A stretch of 64,000 bases of DNA. Origin: an uncultured bacterium (GTDB lineage Bacteria > Bacillota > Clostridia > Lachnospirales > Lachnospiraceae). A program made the position numbers and the translations under genes. The stretch is taken from positions 69,313 through 133,312 of the forward strand of contig CAUQMY010000003.1 of assembly GCA_963519465.1 (NCBI GenBank), read 5' to 3'. Position 1 is the first letter of the stretch. Each line of letters begins with the position of its first letter. The notes under the pieces are model-generated. The model did not search any database and was not told the DNA's origin. It saw only the letters and a list, made by a program, of their open reading frames with translations. Shown here in pieces: positions 41,155 through 52,113 of the stretch.

Positions 41155-41498
41155 TTCGTTTTGAACTTCACCTGACTTCTTTACGATAGTAGAATACACC
41201 TGCAACAAACGGCCTTTTGGGCGCTTACTTATACTCTTCCAACAGGTAAACACACCTTATATAATAAATGATTCAGGGATCGATGATGAAGCCCAGGGAA
41301 CTCACATTGAAGTATCTGAAGTTTAAGAAGCCTTATGCAGAGAAGTCCATAGCCTCTGCTTCAGTCAATGACTCCTTAAACTTTCTGACTTTATTTCAGC
41401 CCATAAATAAAATCAGCCGGACAACTCTCTATGGAGATTCGCTAACTCTGATAATTAGTCGCTATGGGCAGACCCGCAAAAAGGAAATTCCTGAACGT

Positions 41499-41556
41499 AA
41501 AAAAGAACGTAAAGCAGCCAGGCGCTTATCGCCCGGCTGCTTTACGTTCTTTTTGT
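41499..41556. terminator. Strong bidirectional terminator downstream of rhaD
   Basis: 17-bp arms AAGAACGTAAAGCAGCC / GGCTGCTTTACGTTCTT with T-runs on both strands. Confidence 0.85.
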
Positions 41557-41581
41557 TTCTATCTAATGAATGGAAAAACTA

Positions 41582-42409
41582 TTATTTTTCATAAAGAAAC
41601 TCTTCTGGCAAAGTCACTTTGAAATCATGAGCGAGATCACGGAAGTTTCCTGGGGTAATGGTCTGAAGCTTATCAGGTCTGATGGAAAGAACCTTTACCA
41701 GAATTTCAGCAGACTTTTCAATGGTATGCATCAGGCCAAAGGTTATATCAAAATCTTCTCCTGAGGCAAACAGACCGTGATGAGCCCAGATCGCTGCATC
41801 GTATTTCTTCATAAGCTCGCTGGTAGCAACTGCGATCTCACGTCCGCCTGGAACCATCCAGCCAACGACGCCGATTCCGCTTGGGAATACAACCGGGCAC
41901 TCTGTAGCCATTTCCCATAATTCTCTGGTAAATACCTTATCTTCCAAAGGAAGAACAAAAGTAAGGGCAATGGTATTCGCCGGATGACTATGATAGATCA
42001 CTCTGTACTTTCCATCGGTAGCTGCCTTCTTGACCTCATGGTTCATTAAATGGGAAGGAAGTTCACTGGTAGGACGTCCTCCATTACAAAGTCCCCATAA
42101 GATTCTGTAATTTTCACCGCTTTCATCCACTTCTATGATGCAGGCGTTGGCTGCCGGATCAAGGATCACATTACGGAAATACTTTCCGCTACCTGTGACC
42201 ATGAAAAACTCTCCGGAAAGACCCTTTACAGTCGTACCAATGGGCTGCCAGGAATTTTCAAACTTCAGCTCCTCTCTTACGGATTCCACTTCTTCCGGTT
42301 TGATGCGGTAGCTTAAATTGCCACCGTTCCTTTCATGCCAGTTCTGTTTGAAACCATCATCACATAAACGGATAAAGCCTTTTACAAATTCTGCATCTAA
42401 AATTTTCAT
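41582..42409 (-). CDS. rhaD: Rhamnulose-1-phosphate aldolase
   Basis: 275 aa, class II aldolase. Last gene of the rha cluster. Confidence 0.85.
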   Translation of the reverse strand: MKILDAEFVKGFIRLCDDGFKQNWHERNGGNLSYRIKPEEVESVREELKFENSWQPIGTTVKGLSGEFFMVTGSGKYFRNVILDPAANACIIEVDESGENYRILWGLCNGGRPTSELPSHLMNHEVKKAATDGKYRVIYHSHPANTIALTFVLPLEDKVFTRELWEMATECPVVFPSGIGVVGWMVPGGREIAVATSELMKKYDAAIWAHHGLFASGEDFDITFGLMHTIEKSAEILVKVLSIRPDKLQTITPGNFRDLAHDFKVTLPEEFLYEK

Positions 42410-42422
42410 GTCTATTTTCTCC

Positions 42423-43673
42423 TTATTTCCGGTTTAACAGTACTTCTTTTTCATAGCTACGGATTTCTTCGAACCAGTCTTCTTTTGCAGGTACTCCATT
42501 TAACTCACAGAAGTAATTCCATACATCACCGATTGGATAAAGCTTTAATTCTTCCTGAAGCATCATCTGCTCTGTGAAGCTGCGGGTATTCTGTAACTGT
42601 GCCAACTTTTCATTTGGAAGAAGCAGGGCATTTAACAGAGCCTTCTGCATATTGCGCATTCCTACCACCCATGCACTTAAACGGTTGATGCTTGCATCGA
42701 AAAAGTCAAGGGCTAAAAGAACACGGTCAGAGCCGCCGCGTACGATTTCTTTTGCGATTTCTTTTGTTTCATCGTCAAACAATACCACATGATCACTATC
42801 CCAGCGAACTGGTCTTGTTACGTGAAGAGCTACTTTATCAAAGAATAAAAGCATGGAAGAGATCTTATCAGATACCACTTCCGTCGGATGGTAATGACCG
42901 TTGTCAAGAAGACAGAGAATATCGTTCTTAGATGCATAGTTCATATAGAACTCATGAGAACCAACGGTGCAGCTTTCCATTCCGATACCGAATACTTTTG
43001 ACTCTACTGCAACCAGTACTTTTGCTTTATCATAATCGATGGAAAGGATCTGATCAAGAGAATCTTTTAAACGTGCTCTTGGAGAAGTACGGTCTGCCGG
43101 AATATCCTTAAAGCCATCTGGAATCCAGATATTCATGGTACATGGAGTTCCCTGCTCCTTTGCAAAGTATTCAGAAATGCGGATGCATGCTTTTACATGG
43201 TCAATCCAGAAGCTGCGGATCTCTGGATTTTCACTTGACAAGGTAGCATTCTCTGCTTTTTCATGAGCGAATAAGGTTGGATTGAAATCAATACCGATCC
43301 CTCTCTCTTTGGCAAATTCCACCCATTTTGCAAAATGCTTTGGTTCCAGCTTATCTCTGTCAGCCCACTCGCCTTCTTCAAAGATGGCATAGCTTGCATG
43401 AAGGTTGATTCGGTGTTTTCCAGGGATGAGACTTAATGTCTTATCCATATCAGCCATCAGTTCCTTTGGATTTCTTGCGCGTCCCGGATAATTGCCGGTA
43501 GCCTGGATTCCTCCTGATAAAGCGCCTACTCCGTCGAATCCGATTACATCGTCTCCCTGCCAGCAATGCATGGAAATGGGGATCTGCTTCAATGCTTCAA
43601 GAGCTGCATCAGTGTCAACGCCAATGGCCTTATATACTTCTTTTGATGATTCATATCTTTCTTTTAATGTCAT
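42423..43673 (-). CDS. rhaA: L-rhamnose isomerase
   Basis: 416 aa. Full-length RhaA-like sequence ([11 protein letters not shown]). Confidence 0.92.
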   Translation of the reverse strand: MTLKERYESSKEVYKAIGVDTDAALEALKQIPISMHCWQGDDVIGFDGVGALSGGIQATGNYPGRARNPKELMADMDKTLSLIPGKHRINLHASYAIFEEGEWADRDKLEPKHFAKWVEFAKERGIGIDFNPTLFAHEKAENATLSSENPEIRSFWIDHVKACIRISEYFAKEQGTPCTMNIWIPDGFKDIPADRTSPRARLKDSLDQILSIDYDKAKVLVAVESKVFGIGMESCTVGSHEFYMNYASKNDILCLLDNGHYHPTEVVSDKISSMLLFFDKVALHVTRPVRWDSDHVVLFDDETKEIAKEIVRGGSDRVLLALDFFDASINRLSAWVVGMRNMQKALLNALLLPNEKLAQLQNTRSFTEQMMLQEELKLYPIGDVWNYFCELNGVPAKEDWFEEIRSYEKEVLLNRK

Positions 43674-43698
43674 GGTTTCCTCTTCTCCTTTTATTTGA

Positions 43699-44013
43699 TT
43701 AATCTAAATGAAATACCGGTTTGAGCCCATCAGAAACAGGGCTGTTATCCGGGTTGGTTCTCATAATATCCGCCATGAAATCCCACCATTTGCGGTTGAT
43801 CGGGGTATCAGCTGACTTTGCCCATCTTTCTTCATCTTCGATCTCAATGTATCCGTAAAGAACATTGGTCTCTTCGTCTAAAAATATGGAATAATTATGA
43901 CCGCCGCACTGAAGGATCATCTCCTTCATCTCCGGCCAGAGCATATTGTGTCTCTTTTCATATTCTTCCGCCATTCCTTCATTTAAGTACATTTTAAATG
44001 ATTTTCTTATCAT
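43699..44013 (-). CDS. rhaM: L-rhamnose mutarotase
   Basis: 104 aa. YxxRHNxxWPE motif ([12 protein letters not shown]). Confidence 0.9.
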   Translation of the reverse strand: MIRKSFKMYLNEGMAEEYEKRHNMLWPEMKEMILQCGGHNYSIFLDEETNVLYGYIEIEDEERWAKSADTPINRKWWDFMADIMRTNPDNSPVSDGLKPVFHLD

Positions 44014-44030
44014 AGGATTCCCTCCGCTTT

Positions 44031-45470
44031 TTAAAAGTTTTCCCCTGGCTTATATTCTTTTACGGCAAAAGACTGGTAAACTGCTTCTCTTGCCTGTTTT
44101 AAACCGTCAAATTCATGAAATGCCAGCATCTGGCCCAGTAAATTTCCGATGGCAGTGGCCTCTCCTGGTCCTGCATATACGGTCCTGCCGGTGCAGTCCG
44201 CGGTCAGCTGGTTTAGATATTCGGCATTGGAACCGCCACCGACCACGTGAATGGCTGGATAGGTCTTTCCGGTAATGGATTCCAGTTCCTTTATGGTGTC
44301 GCCATAGCAGGCAGCCAGACTGTTATAAATAACAGCAGCAATCTCTCCTGGTGTTTGCGGTACCTGAATGCCGCCGTCTTTGCAGAAGTCCTTTACGGCC
44401 TGTATCATGCTGTCCGGTGCTAAAAATACGCTGTCATTGCAATCTACAAGGGATTTGATGGTTTCTTTGGAAGCCATCTCGCAAAGCTCTGCAAAAGAAT
44501 ACTTCTCTCCCTTTTCAGTAAGTTCTTTTTTTACTGACTGGATCATCCACAATCCCATGATGTTCTTTAAATAACGGTAGCGATATTCGTATCCGCCTTC
44601 GTTGGTAAAATTTGCTTCCATGCTCTTTAATGAACAGTCTGCTTTTAATAGTTCTGTTCCCATTAAAGACCAGGTTCCTGAACTGATGTATAAGATATCT
44701 TTCATGGAATCCGGATCATTGGGAACCACGGGAACTGCCATAACCGCAGAGCCGGTATCATGGGTGGCTGGAAGAATCACCTGACAGGAAAAGCCCACTT
44801 CTTCAATGATCTGATCTGTCAGCTCTCCTACCAGAGTACCTGGCATGGAAAGCGGGCCAAACAGCTTCTCAGGAAATCCAAGCTTTTCAATAAGCTCATA
44901 ATCCCAGTTCCCGGTTGCAGGACTTACTAACTGTGTGGTGGTCGCGTTGGTATATTCCTGTTTTTTCACTCCAGTCAGCAGATAATGGAAATAGTCCGGA
45001 ATCATCAAAAAGGATTCTGCATTCAGAAGTTCGTCCGGATTTTTTTCTTTTACCGCCTTAAGCTGATAGATGGTGTTAAAGATCTGCTTCTGGATACCGG
45101 TTCTTTCATATAGATTTGGCAAAGAGATGGTATTATATACAAGCTCATCCATTCCCTTTGTTCTGTCGTCCCGGTAACCCACTGAATTTCCTAAAATCTG
45201 GTCTTCCTTGTCCAAAAGCACGTAATCCACTGCCCAGGTATCAATGCCCATGCTGGCCGGTATCTTTCCAATCTTTTTACAGACCTTCATGCCTTCTTTA
45301 ATCTCTGCAAATAAGGACTCCACATCCCAGCATAACTGATCATCAATCCGTTTCATCCCATTCTCGAAACGGTAGATCTCTTCCAAATGGATCTTTCCGT
45401 CCTTTACCGTACCAAGAATATGACGTCCGCTGGATGCACCGATGTCAACGGCAAGATAGTATTTCTCCAT
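44031..45470 (-). CDS. rhaB: Rhamnulokinase
   Basis: FGGY-family kinase. MEKYYLAVDIGASSGRHILG. GGGAGGGG RBS precedes the ATG at 45470. Confidence 0.9.
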   Translation of the reverse strand: MEKYYLAVDIGASSGRHILGTVKDGKIHLEEIYRFENGMKRIDDQLCWDVESLFAEIKEGMKVCKKIGKIPASMGIDTWAVDYVLLDKEDQILGNSVGYRDDRTKGMDELVYNTISLPNLYERTGIQKQIFNTIYQLKAVKEKNPDELLNAESFLMIPDYFHYLLTGVKKQEYTNATTTQLVSPATGNWDYELIEKLGFPEKLFGPLSMPGTLVGELTDQIIEEVGFSCQVILPATHDTGSAVMAVPVVPNDPDSMKDILYISSGTWSLMGTELLKADCSLKSMEANFTNEGGYEYRYRYLKNIMGLWMIQSVKKELTEKGEKYSFAELCEMASKETIKSLVDCNDSVFLAPDSMIQAVKDFCKDGGIQVPQTPGEIAAVIYNSLAACYGDTIKELESITGKTYPAIHVVGGGSNAEYLNQLTADCTGRTVYAGPGEATAIGNLLGQMLAFHEFDGLKQAREAVYQSFAVKEYKPGENF

Positions 45471-45516
45471 GCGTTCCCCTCCCATGTTTTTCTGGTTCTA
45501 TCATAATAGATTCTCA

Positions 45517-45560
45517 AATAAAAAATAAGGACGCTGTTTGTTAAAAACTGCGTCCTTATT
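45517..45560 (-). terminator. Intrinsic terminator after the 81-aa gene, upstream of rhaB
   Basis: ATAAGGACGC / GCGTCCTTAT stem followed by TTTTTTATTT on the minus strand. Confidence 0.75.
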
Positions 45561-45583
45561 TGCACTTTCATTACTTCTTTGAG

Positions 45584-45829
45584 TTATTCCTCTGCTGATT
45601 CTGGCTTTGAAGAAATAAGCAGTTCTTTTAAATCCATGATCGACATCTCATGCTCGTCCAAAATTGTTGATACCTCTTTAAATTGTTCCAGCTTTATTTT
45701 ATCCTGAATGGCTTTTTCTTTTTCATCTAATGTAATGAGGCTATCCTTGTATTGTTTGATGGATTCCCGCACCTCTTTTAATTCTTCTTCCAGTTTTTCA
45801 AGTGGTGTTTTTCTTACTCCTCTTGGCAT
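45584..45829 (-). CDS. Small coiled-coil protein with basic N-terminal MPRGVRK motif (function unknown)
   Basis: 81 aa. AGGAGAG RBS. It has its own terminator. Confidence 0.55.
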   Translation of the reverse strand: MPRGVRKTPLEKLEEELKEVRESIKQYKDSLITLDEKEKAIQDKIKLEQFKEVSTILDEHEMSIMDLKELLISSKPESAEE

Positions 45830-46051
45830 ATCGGTTCTCTCCTTTACAGAAATATTTTATATCAACCATATATTACCAAGTATATGCACATTAATTTTCT
45901 TTTATTACATCCTGACTTCGTTTTAATCAAATTTTTTTTCAAACTTATGCTCCATTTGGAGTTATTATAACAGAATTAAAATCCATTTCCCCATAGGTTT
46001 TGATTGCTGCTTAAATTTATTTCATTTCTTGCGCCAACTTTGGGAAAACAC

Positions 46052-47041
46052 TTATTTTCTGTGTTCCGCTAAACTGGCAGTTTTATTTTTTTCCCTGTAT
46101 TCTTTTGGGGACATGCTGTAATAGCTTCGGAAGATCCGGTGAAAATAACTGGTATTGTCATACCCCACCGCAATCGATATATCCGTTACGGAAAGTCTGG
46201 TATTTAAAAGAAGAAAGGAAGCCTGGTTTAATCGTTTGATCTGCAGAAGTTCCTTATAGGTTCTTCCGGTCAGCCTCTTAATCGCCCTGCTAAGCCAGTA
46301 AATATTATAGCTTAACTGCTCCGCCAGTTCTGTCAATTCTCCCTCTTTATAATTCTCGTCAATAAACTTTAAGACCTGGAAAATAAGCTTCTGCTCAAAA
46401 CCTTCTCTGGTATGGCTGATCTTATCGGTATAATGCATGAGCTGAAGGAATAAGAGCCCCATGGTGACCTGATTGATGCTTCTTTTATTGGGCTGGTCAT
46501 AAAGCAGCGTCCAGACCATATTTTCCACCAGATTCTGTACCGGAAGCACGTCAGCCACTTCAAAATGCAGATAACTGGCGTAACGGGGATCAAAACAAAG
46601 GCAGCCCACAAGAAACTCCCGCAAAAGGTTTTCTTCCTCCCCCATCATTTCAAAAGCAGTGTCGAAAAATTCCGGTAGAATGATGAAATTAACCGCAATG
46701 TCTCCTTCTCCTGCCGGAAATATTTCCTGAGTGGCATGCTGATTCAAAAACAGCAGTTCCCCAGTTTTTAAAACCACCGTTTCCCCATCAATAATATGCG
46801 TGGTTTCCCCTTTGCACATATAGATGACTTCTATATAATTATGTTTATGTCTTGGGAAATGAACAAATCTGGTATGAGGTCTGATGCGGATCATCTTTCC
46901 GTGTTCCAGCATCTTTTTGCTGTCGATTACCAGCTCCCGCCCCTCTGTATAACGCTTTCGGTCTATCTCTGTCCGTCCGTTTATGATTTCCCGTTCTTCA
47001 TCCGTAACGACTCCCAGACGGTCTATGATTTCCTGATTCAC
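46052..47041 (-). CDS. AraC-family transcriptional regulator with N-terminal cupin domain (likely rhamnose regulator)
   Basis: 329 aa. Cupin (FPRHKHNYIEVIYM) plus C-terminal AraC HTH (GYDNTSYFHRIFRSYYSMSPKEYR). Lies upstream of the rha genes. Confidence 0.8.
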   Translation of the reverse strand: MNQEIIDRLGVVTDEEREIINGRTEIDRKRYTEGRELVIDSKKMLEHGKMIRIRPHTRFVHFPRHKHNYIEVIYMCKGETTHIIDGETVVLKTGELLFLNQHATQEIFPAGEGDIAVNFIILPEFFDTAFEMMGEEENLLREFLVGCLCFDPRYASYLHFEVADVLPVQNLVENMVWTLLYDQPNKRSINQVTMGLLFLQLMHYTDKISHTREGFEQKLIFQVLKFIDENYKEGELTELAEQLSYNIYWLSRAIKRLTGRTYKELLQIKRLNQASFLLLNTRLSVTDISIAVGYDNTSYFHRIFRSYYSMSPKEYREKNKTASLAEHRK

Positions 47042-47057
47042 CCGTCAAAGCCTCCTT

Positions 47058-47930
47058 TTAATATATATCAAATTCAATAAAATTCTTCCACCGGTCTTCT
47101 TGTAAATCTGCTTCGGTTAAGGTATAGGCATGGTTTTTTTCATCGTTTGCCATCAGCTTATAAGTTGTTGCTCCCGAACCATCCACCGCTTTGATCCAGC
47201 GGTCATCCAAAACGATCCTACCATCCGCTACCGTAAACTTCCATGCCGCATTTTCTCCCGCAGCATTGGTGCTGGAATATGTGACCTCTCCCTCCATACG
47301 GTTATCTTTAAAAACCCCTTCTTTTGCGCTGAGTTTATTAATATCATCTGTAACTCCGTCATAGTAATTATAACCGCTGGCTCCATTGCCGTTCATCATG
47401 CCATTGGCCCAGGTTCCGTAGGAATAATCATACCTTTTTCCTTCTTCTAAGGAAATCACCTGTAATGCCGTACAGGTTCCATTTGGTACTCCGTCTTTAA
47501 ATTCGCCGTAAAAGACGGTAGAGGTTTTTGAAAACACCAGACCCTTAGCTGAAGAAAGTTCCTTTCTCATAACGGTTCCGTCATACATACAGGGAAATTC
47601 CTTCCACGGGATCTCATAACCACTTAAAAGTCTGGCTGCTCCCTCCAAATCTCCGCTGTCAAACCGCTCTGTTAAGCTGTTTAAAAATTCCTTATCCTCT
47701 AAGGTAAGAGATATTTCTGTATCCGGCTCTTCGGCAGCAACTTTAGCCACGAAAGCTTCCTGAGACGGTGTTTTTGCTTCTTTTACCATCTTCACATTCC
47801 GGATTGTACCTGCATAGCCAAGCAAAAACAAAAGAACCGTTGTCAGTCCGATGGCCATCAGTATTCGAAGATTATTCTGATTTTTGATGTCTGTCCAGTC
47901 CTTATTCACAACATCCCTCCTTATGCTCAT
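47058..47930 (-). CDS. Single-pass membrane protein with MORN-like repeats (hypothetical)
   Basis: 290 aa. One TM helix. Repeats of the YxGxxxxGxxxG type (YGEFKDGVPNG, YGTWANGMMNGNG, EGVFKDNRMEG). Confidence 0.5.
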   Translation of the reverse strand: MSIRRDVVNKDWTDIKNQNNLRILMAIGLTTVLLFLLGYAGTIRNVKMVKEAKTPSQEAFVAKVAAEEPDTEISLTLEDKEFLNSLTERFDSGDLEGAARLLSGYEIPWKEFPCMYDGTVMRKELSSAKGLVFSKTSTVFYGEFKDGVPNGTCTALQVISLEEGKRYDYSYGTWANGMMNGNGASGYNYYDGVTDDINKLSAKEGVFKDNRMEGEVTYSSTNAAGENAAWKFTVADGRIVLDDRWIKAVDGSGATTYKLMANDEKNHAYTLTEADLQEDRWKNFIEFDIY

Positions 47931-49350
47931 GCACCTCCCAGGCTTTTGCCAAAAGAGTAAGCCCTCTGGTAATCTCTTCTTCTGTCAGGCTGGCATATCC
48001 CAGAACAATGGTAGGCGGATAAGTATTATGCTCCTCATGGATAAAGTATCCTGACATGCCGTAAACTTTTACTCCTGCTTCTGCTGCTCTTTTTATTAAG
48101 TCACTCTCGGATCTCCCCTTTTTGTCTGTAAGAAGCAGGTGAAGACCTGCATATTCTCCCCGGATAAGAAACTGGGATTCAAAAGGTTTAAGTCCTGTTA
48201 TCAGCACATCATGTTTTGCCTTATACACGGCCCTCATCCGGTTCAAATGCCGCTCGTAGTGCCCTTCTGCCATGAACTGATAGAGAATATTCTGGTCAAT
48301 GCGGGAAACGGTGGAAGCATAAAAATTCACCCGTTCCCGGTAAACGGAAAGAAGGGATTTTGGCAGTACCATATAACTGACACGGATGGCTGGCGCTATG
48401 GATTTTGAAAAGGTACCGATATAGATGACCCGGTCTTTCTGATCCATGCCCTGAAGAGCGGGTATTGGTTGTCCCTTATAGCGGAATTCACTGTCGTAAT
48501 CATCTTCTATTAAATACCTTCCTTCTTTTCTACTGGCCCAGCCAAGAAGCTCCTGTCTGCGTTTGACAGGCATAACGATTCCTGTTGGATACTGATGGGA
48601 TGGCATAACATAAGCAGTATCCGCTCCGCTTTGCTCTAAGAGTTCTGCATTCAGTCCCTGCTGATCCATGAAAACAGGAACCACCTTGTATTGCAAGCTG
48701 TGAAAGACACGGTATGCCTGCTTATACGTTGGATTTTCCATGGCAATCACCCGGTCTTTTGACAAAATCTGTGACAATAGCATGAGCAGATATTCGCTTC
48801 CTGCTCCGACGATGATCTGTTCGGCAAAACAGTTTACTCCACGGGCAGAATGAAGATATGCACGGATGGCTTCCCGAAAAACAGCTTCTCCCTGAGGATC
48901 TCCTGCTACAAACATCTCCCGGTTATCATCCACCAGTGTGCTTTTGGATATTTTTCTCCAGGTATTAAAAGGAAATGCACAAAGATCGATTCCTCGTGGG
49001 GAAAAATCCACACTCCAGTCCGTCGCCCCTTCCGTGTCCGAGGAACTGTTACGGAAAAAAGAAGTACCTTTCTCACTTTTTTCCTGCCCGGTATGAACCA
49101 GACCATCAATTTTCAATACAAAATATCCCTTACAGGGAACGGCTTCAATATATCCTTCCGAAAGCAGCTGTTCATAAGCCATCTGTGTGGTGCTGCGGCT
49201 GATCTTTAAATGCTCCGCCAAAAGTCTGGTAGAGGGAAGCCGGGTGGCAGGCTTTAAATTCCCTTTCTTTATCTCCTCTTTGATGTAGCTGTATATCTGA
49301 CTGTAATAAGGCAGTCCTGCCTGATTTTTTAAAGGAATCATCAGTTCCAC
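47902..49350 (-). CDS. MocR/GabR-type regulator (GntR HTH fused to an aminotransferase-fold domain)
   Basis: 482 aa. N-terminal GntR HTH (LPSTRLLAEHLKISRSTTQMAYEQL) and a PLP-aminotransferase-like C-terminal domain (TFSKSIAPAIRVSY). Confidence 0.85.
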   Translation of the reverse strand: MELMIPLKNQAGLPYYSQIYSYIKEEIKKGNLKPATRLPSTRLLAEHLKISRSTTQMAYEQLLSEGYIEAVPCKGYFVLKIDGLVHTGQEKSEKGTSFFRNSSSDTEGATDWSVDFSPRGIDLCAFPFNTWRKISKSTLVDDNREMFVAGDPQGEAVFREAIRAYLHSARGVNCFAEQIIVGAGSEYLLMLLSQILSKDRVIAMENPTYKQAYRVFHSLQYKVVPVFMDQQGLNAELLEQSGADTAYVMPSHQYPTGIVMPVKRRQELLGWASRKEGRYLIEDDYDSEFRYKGQPIPALQGMDQKDRVIYIGTFSKSIAPAIRVSYMVLPKSLLSVYRERVNFYASTVSRIDQNILYQFMAEGHYERHLNRMRAVYKAKHDVLITGLKPFESQFLIRGEYAGLHLLLTDKKGRSESDLIKRAAEAGVKVYGMSGYFIHEEHNTYPPTIVLGYASLTEEEITRGLTLLAKAWEVHEHKEGCCE

Positions 49351-49458
49351 AGGAAGAAACGCCTCCTTTCTTCTCGGAATAGGAAAAATGCCGCACGTCC
49401 TCTATTCTCTCGGTCATGCAGCATTTCTTCATTTGACCGGCATCCCAGCCTGTCACCA

Positions 49459-51132
49459 TTATTTTGTAATTTTAAATGAACTCTTTAACGATACGATCCG
49501 GTTGAATACCAGATGTTCTGGAGTACTGTCTTTGCAGTCAATACAGAAAAATCCGTTTCTGACAAACTGGAAGCTGTCATAAGCTTTAGAACCTTCAAAG
49601 CTTGGTTCCACATAACAGTTCTTTATGATAGTTAAGGAATTTGGATTTAAGTTTAAGCTTCCGTCTTCGTTTAACTTGCCTTTTTCTTCATCTACAATAT
49701 TTTCATAGAGGCGGCATTCAGCCTGTACTGCAGTAGCTGCTGCCACCCAGTGAATGGTGCCCTTTACCTTTCTTCCCTCAAAACCGGAACCGCTTCTGGT
49801 CTCCGGATCGTAGGTACAGTGAACTACGGTCACATTGCCATCTGCATCTTTCTCGCAGTCGGTACAGGTTACAAAATAGGCATTCATTAAGCGGACTTCA
49901 TTGCCTGGGAACAGACGGAAATACTTTTTAATGGGTTCTTCCATAAAATCTTCCCGTTCAATGTAAAGCTCTTTGCCAAATGGTAATTTTCGTTCTCCCA
50001 GTTCCGGGTTTTCCAGATTATTGGCAGCATCTAAATATTCGATGGTATCTTCCGGATAGTTGTCGATTACCAGTTTGACCGGATCTAAAATCGCCATCAT
50101 TCTCGGTCTCTTTAACTTTAAATCTTCACGGATACAGTATTCAAGCATGGCATAATCTACGGAACTGTTAGCCTTGGAAACACCTACCAGATCCACGAAC
50201 ATCCGAAGCGCTTCCGGAGTATAACCTCTTCTTCTTAATGCTGCGATGGAAACCATACGGGGATCGTCCCAGCCGTCTACAACGTTGTCCTCTACCAGCT
50301 TCTTGATATACCGTTTTCCTGTTATAACATTGGTTAAATACAGCTTTGCAAATTCAATCTGACGGGGAGGATTGGCAAATTCGCACTCCTTTACTACCCA
50401 GTCATACAGCGGTCTGTGATCTTCAAATTCCAGGGTACAGATGGAATGAGTGATCTCTTCAATGGCATCTTCAATGGGGTGGGCAAAGTCATACATCGGA
50501 TAGATGCACCATGCATCTCCGGTGTTATGATGGGTCATACGTGCGACACGGTAGATGACCGGATCACGCATATTGATGTTTGGTGATGCCATATCAATCT
50601 TCGCACGAAGAACCTTTTCTCCATCCTTAAATTCGCCATCCTTCATATTTTCGAAAAGCGTTAAGTTTTCCTCCACGCTGCGGTTACGGTAAGGACTTTC
50701 TTTTCCCGGAGTCTTAAAATCACCGCGGTATTCCCGGATCTCTTCTGCGGTCAAATCACAGACAAATGCCTTTCCCTTCTTTATTAAAAGAACGGCACAG
50801 TCGTACATTTCCTGAAAATAATTGGAAGCAAAGAACAGGCGGTCTTCAAATTCAGCGCCCAGCCACTTTACATCTTCCATAATGGATTCTACGAATTCAG
50901 TCTTCTCTTTTGTCGGGTTTGTATCGTCAAAACGGAGGTTGAACTTTCCACCATACTTTTGAGCCAGGCCATAGTTGAGTAATATGGACTTTGCATGTCC
51001 AATGTGCAGGTAGCCGTTTGGCTCTGGTGGAAATCTGGTCTGTACATGATTATAAACACCTTCTGCAAGATCTTTGTCTATCTCCTGTTCAATAAAGTTT
51101 TTAGAAACCACTTCTTCTTTGTTCTCTTCCAT
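49459..51132 (-). CDS. glnS: Glutamine--tRNA ligase
   Basis: 557 aa. HIGH motif ([14 protein letters not shown]) and full-length GlnRS-like sequence. Confidence 0.93.
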   Translation of the reverse strand: MEENKEEVVSKNFIEQEIDKDLAEGVYNHVQTRFPPEPNGYLHIGHAKSILLNYGLAQKYGGKFNLRFDDTNPTKEKTEFVESIMEDVKWLGAEFEDRLFFASNYFQEMYDCAVLLIKKGKAFVCDLTAEEIREYRGDFKTPGKESPYRNRSVEENLTLFENMKDGEFKDGEKVLRAKIDMASPNINMRDPVIYRVARMTHHNTGDAWCIYPMYDFAHPIEDAIEEITHSICTLEFEDHRPLYDWVVKECEFANPPRQIEFAKLYLTNVITGKRYIKKLVEDNVVDGWDDPRMVSIAALRRRGYTPEALRMFVDLVGVSKANSSVDYAMLEYCIREDLKLKRPRMMAILDPVKLVIDNYPEDTIEYLDAANNLENPELGERKLPFGKELYIEREDFMEEPIKKYFRLFPGNEVRLMNAYFVTCTDCEKDADGNVTVVHCTYDPETRSGSGFEGRKVKGTIHWVAAATAVQAECRLYENIVDEEKGKLNEDGSLNLNPNSLTIIKNCYVEPSFEGSKAYDSFQFVRNGFFCIDCKDSTPEHLVFNRIVSLKSSFKITK

Positions 51133-51276
51133 TTCTCTTCCTCCATGTCAGTAATTCCAATAATACATTATCATATCATACTTCATCCATTTAGAAAAGG
51201 GGGAAATTAACTGTCAACGGCCTGTATCTTTGAGATTTGATCACTGAAATAAAAGGGTATCCCTTCAAACATAGCA

Positions 51277-51552
51277 TTAATTTCTTCCAGATGATTTCCA
51301 CAGGTCTATTTTTTCTTCATATTGCTGATTGATCCAATTCACAATCTGTTCCAAACCTTCGTCGGAGAAAGCAAACACCGTCTTTGTCTTTTGTTCATCA
51401 GGTGTTGCTTCATAGCAGTATGGCTCTGGATATACCACTGCCTCTAATCCCTCTTCTATTTTGTTCACACGGTAACGCATTCCCTTCATGCTTCCTGTAT
51501 AAGCTTCTTTTTTAAAGAATTGAATGGGCACAAATGTTTCTTTTTTCAGCAT
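51277..51552 (-). CDS. Hypothetical protein
   Basis: 91 aa. Follows the PadR gene by 12 nt. No family recognised. Confidence 0.45.
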   Translation of the reverse strand: MLKKETFVPIQFFKKEAYTGSMKGMRYRVNKIEEGLEAVVYPEPYCYEATPDEQKTKTVFAFSDEGLEQIVNWINQQYEEKIDLWKSSGRN

Positions 51553-51564
51553 ATTTGCATCTCC

Positions 51565-52113
51565 TTATTCCATCATATTAATTCGTTCCAGCATTTCATC
51601 ACACCATGATATGACAGATTCCGCAGAATGAATTCCATATCTTAAAGGTGCGGTGACAAAAAATTCCTGAGAAGAATCCAGTACTTTTCCTCCATTTTTC
51701 ATATACTGTTCCATTTTATCATAATCCTGCAGCCGCTTTACATGGTCTTCTTTATATTGACCAATGACATTTTTGAGTTCTTCCTTCCCCAAACGTTTTG
51801 AAAATGAGAGTTTTAATAAAAATTCCGATCTTGCAGGCTGGTATATGACAGGCTCTTTCAGCCAGTTTAAGAAATCCTCTCTTCCTTTTTCCGTAATGGC
51901 ATACATCTTTTTTCTGTCCTTTGTCTCTTCCTCCACCCGCTCAATGAGTCCATCTTCCAGCAGTGTCTTAAGTACCGGATAAATATGTCCATAATTTTCA
52001 TTCCAGAAATGTGCAATAATATTGTCACAGTATTTTTTTATATCGTATCCTGTGCATGGAGATATGTTCAGCACTCCAAGAATCGCATAACGTGTTTTAT
52101 TTTTCAGGGACAA
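51565..52113 (-). CDS. PadR-family transcriptional regulator
   Basis: 182 aa. YAILGVLNISPCTGYDIKK..HIYPVLKTLLEDGLI winged helix. Confidence 0.85.
   Translation of the reverse strand: MSLKNKTRYAILGVLNISPCTGYDIKKYCDNIIAHFWNENYGHIYPVLKTLLEDGLIERVEEETKDRKKMYAITEKGREDFLNWLKEPVIYQPARSEFLLKLSFSKRLGKEELKNVIGQYKEDHVKRLQDYDKMEQYMKNGGKVLDSSQEFFVTAPLRYGIHSAESVISWCDEMLERINMME

Noticed and set aside
41268-41594. 108-aa plus-strand ORF in the bioY-rhaD intergenic region
   Set aside because: No ribosome-binding site, low-complexity basic tail, and the frame runs through a strong terminator hairpin. Probably not a gene.
51133-51276. T-box leader upstream of glnS
   Set aside because: The spacer is only about 140 nt and has no T-box sequence or terminator/antiterminator pair. 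It contains just a weak hairpin and a TTGACA-containing promoter-like region.
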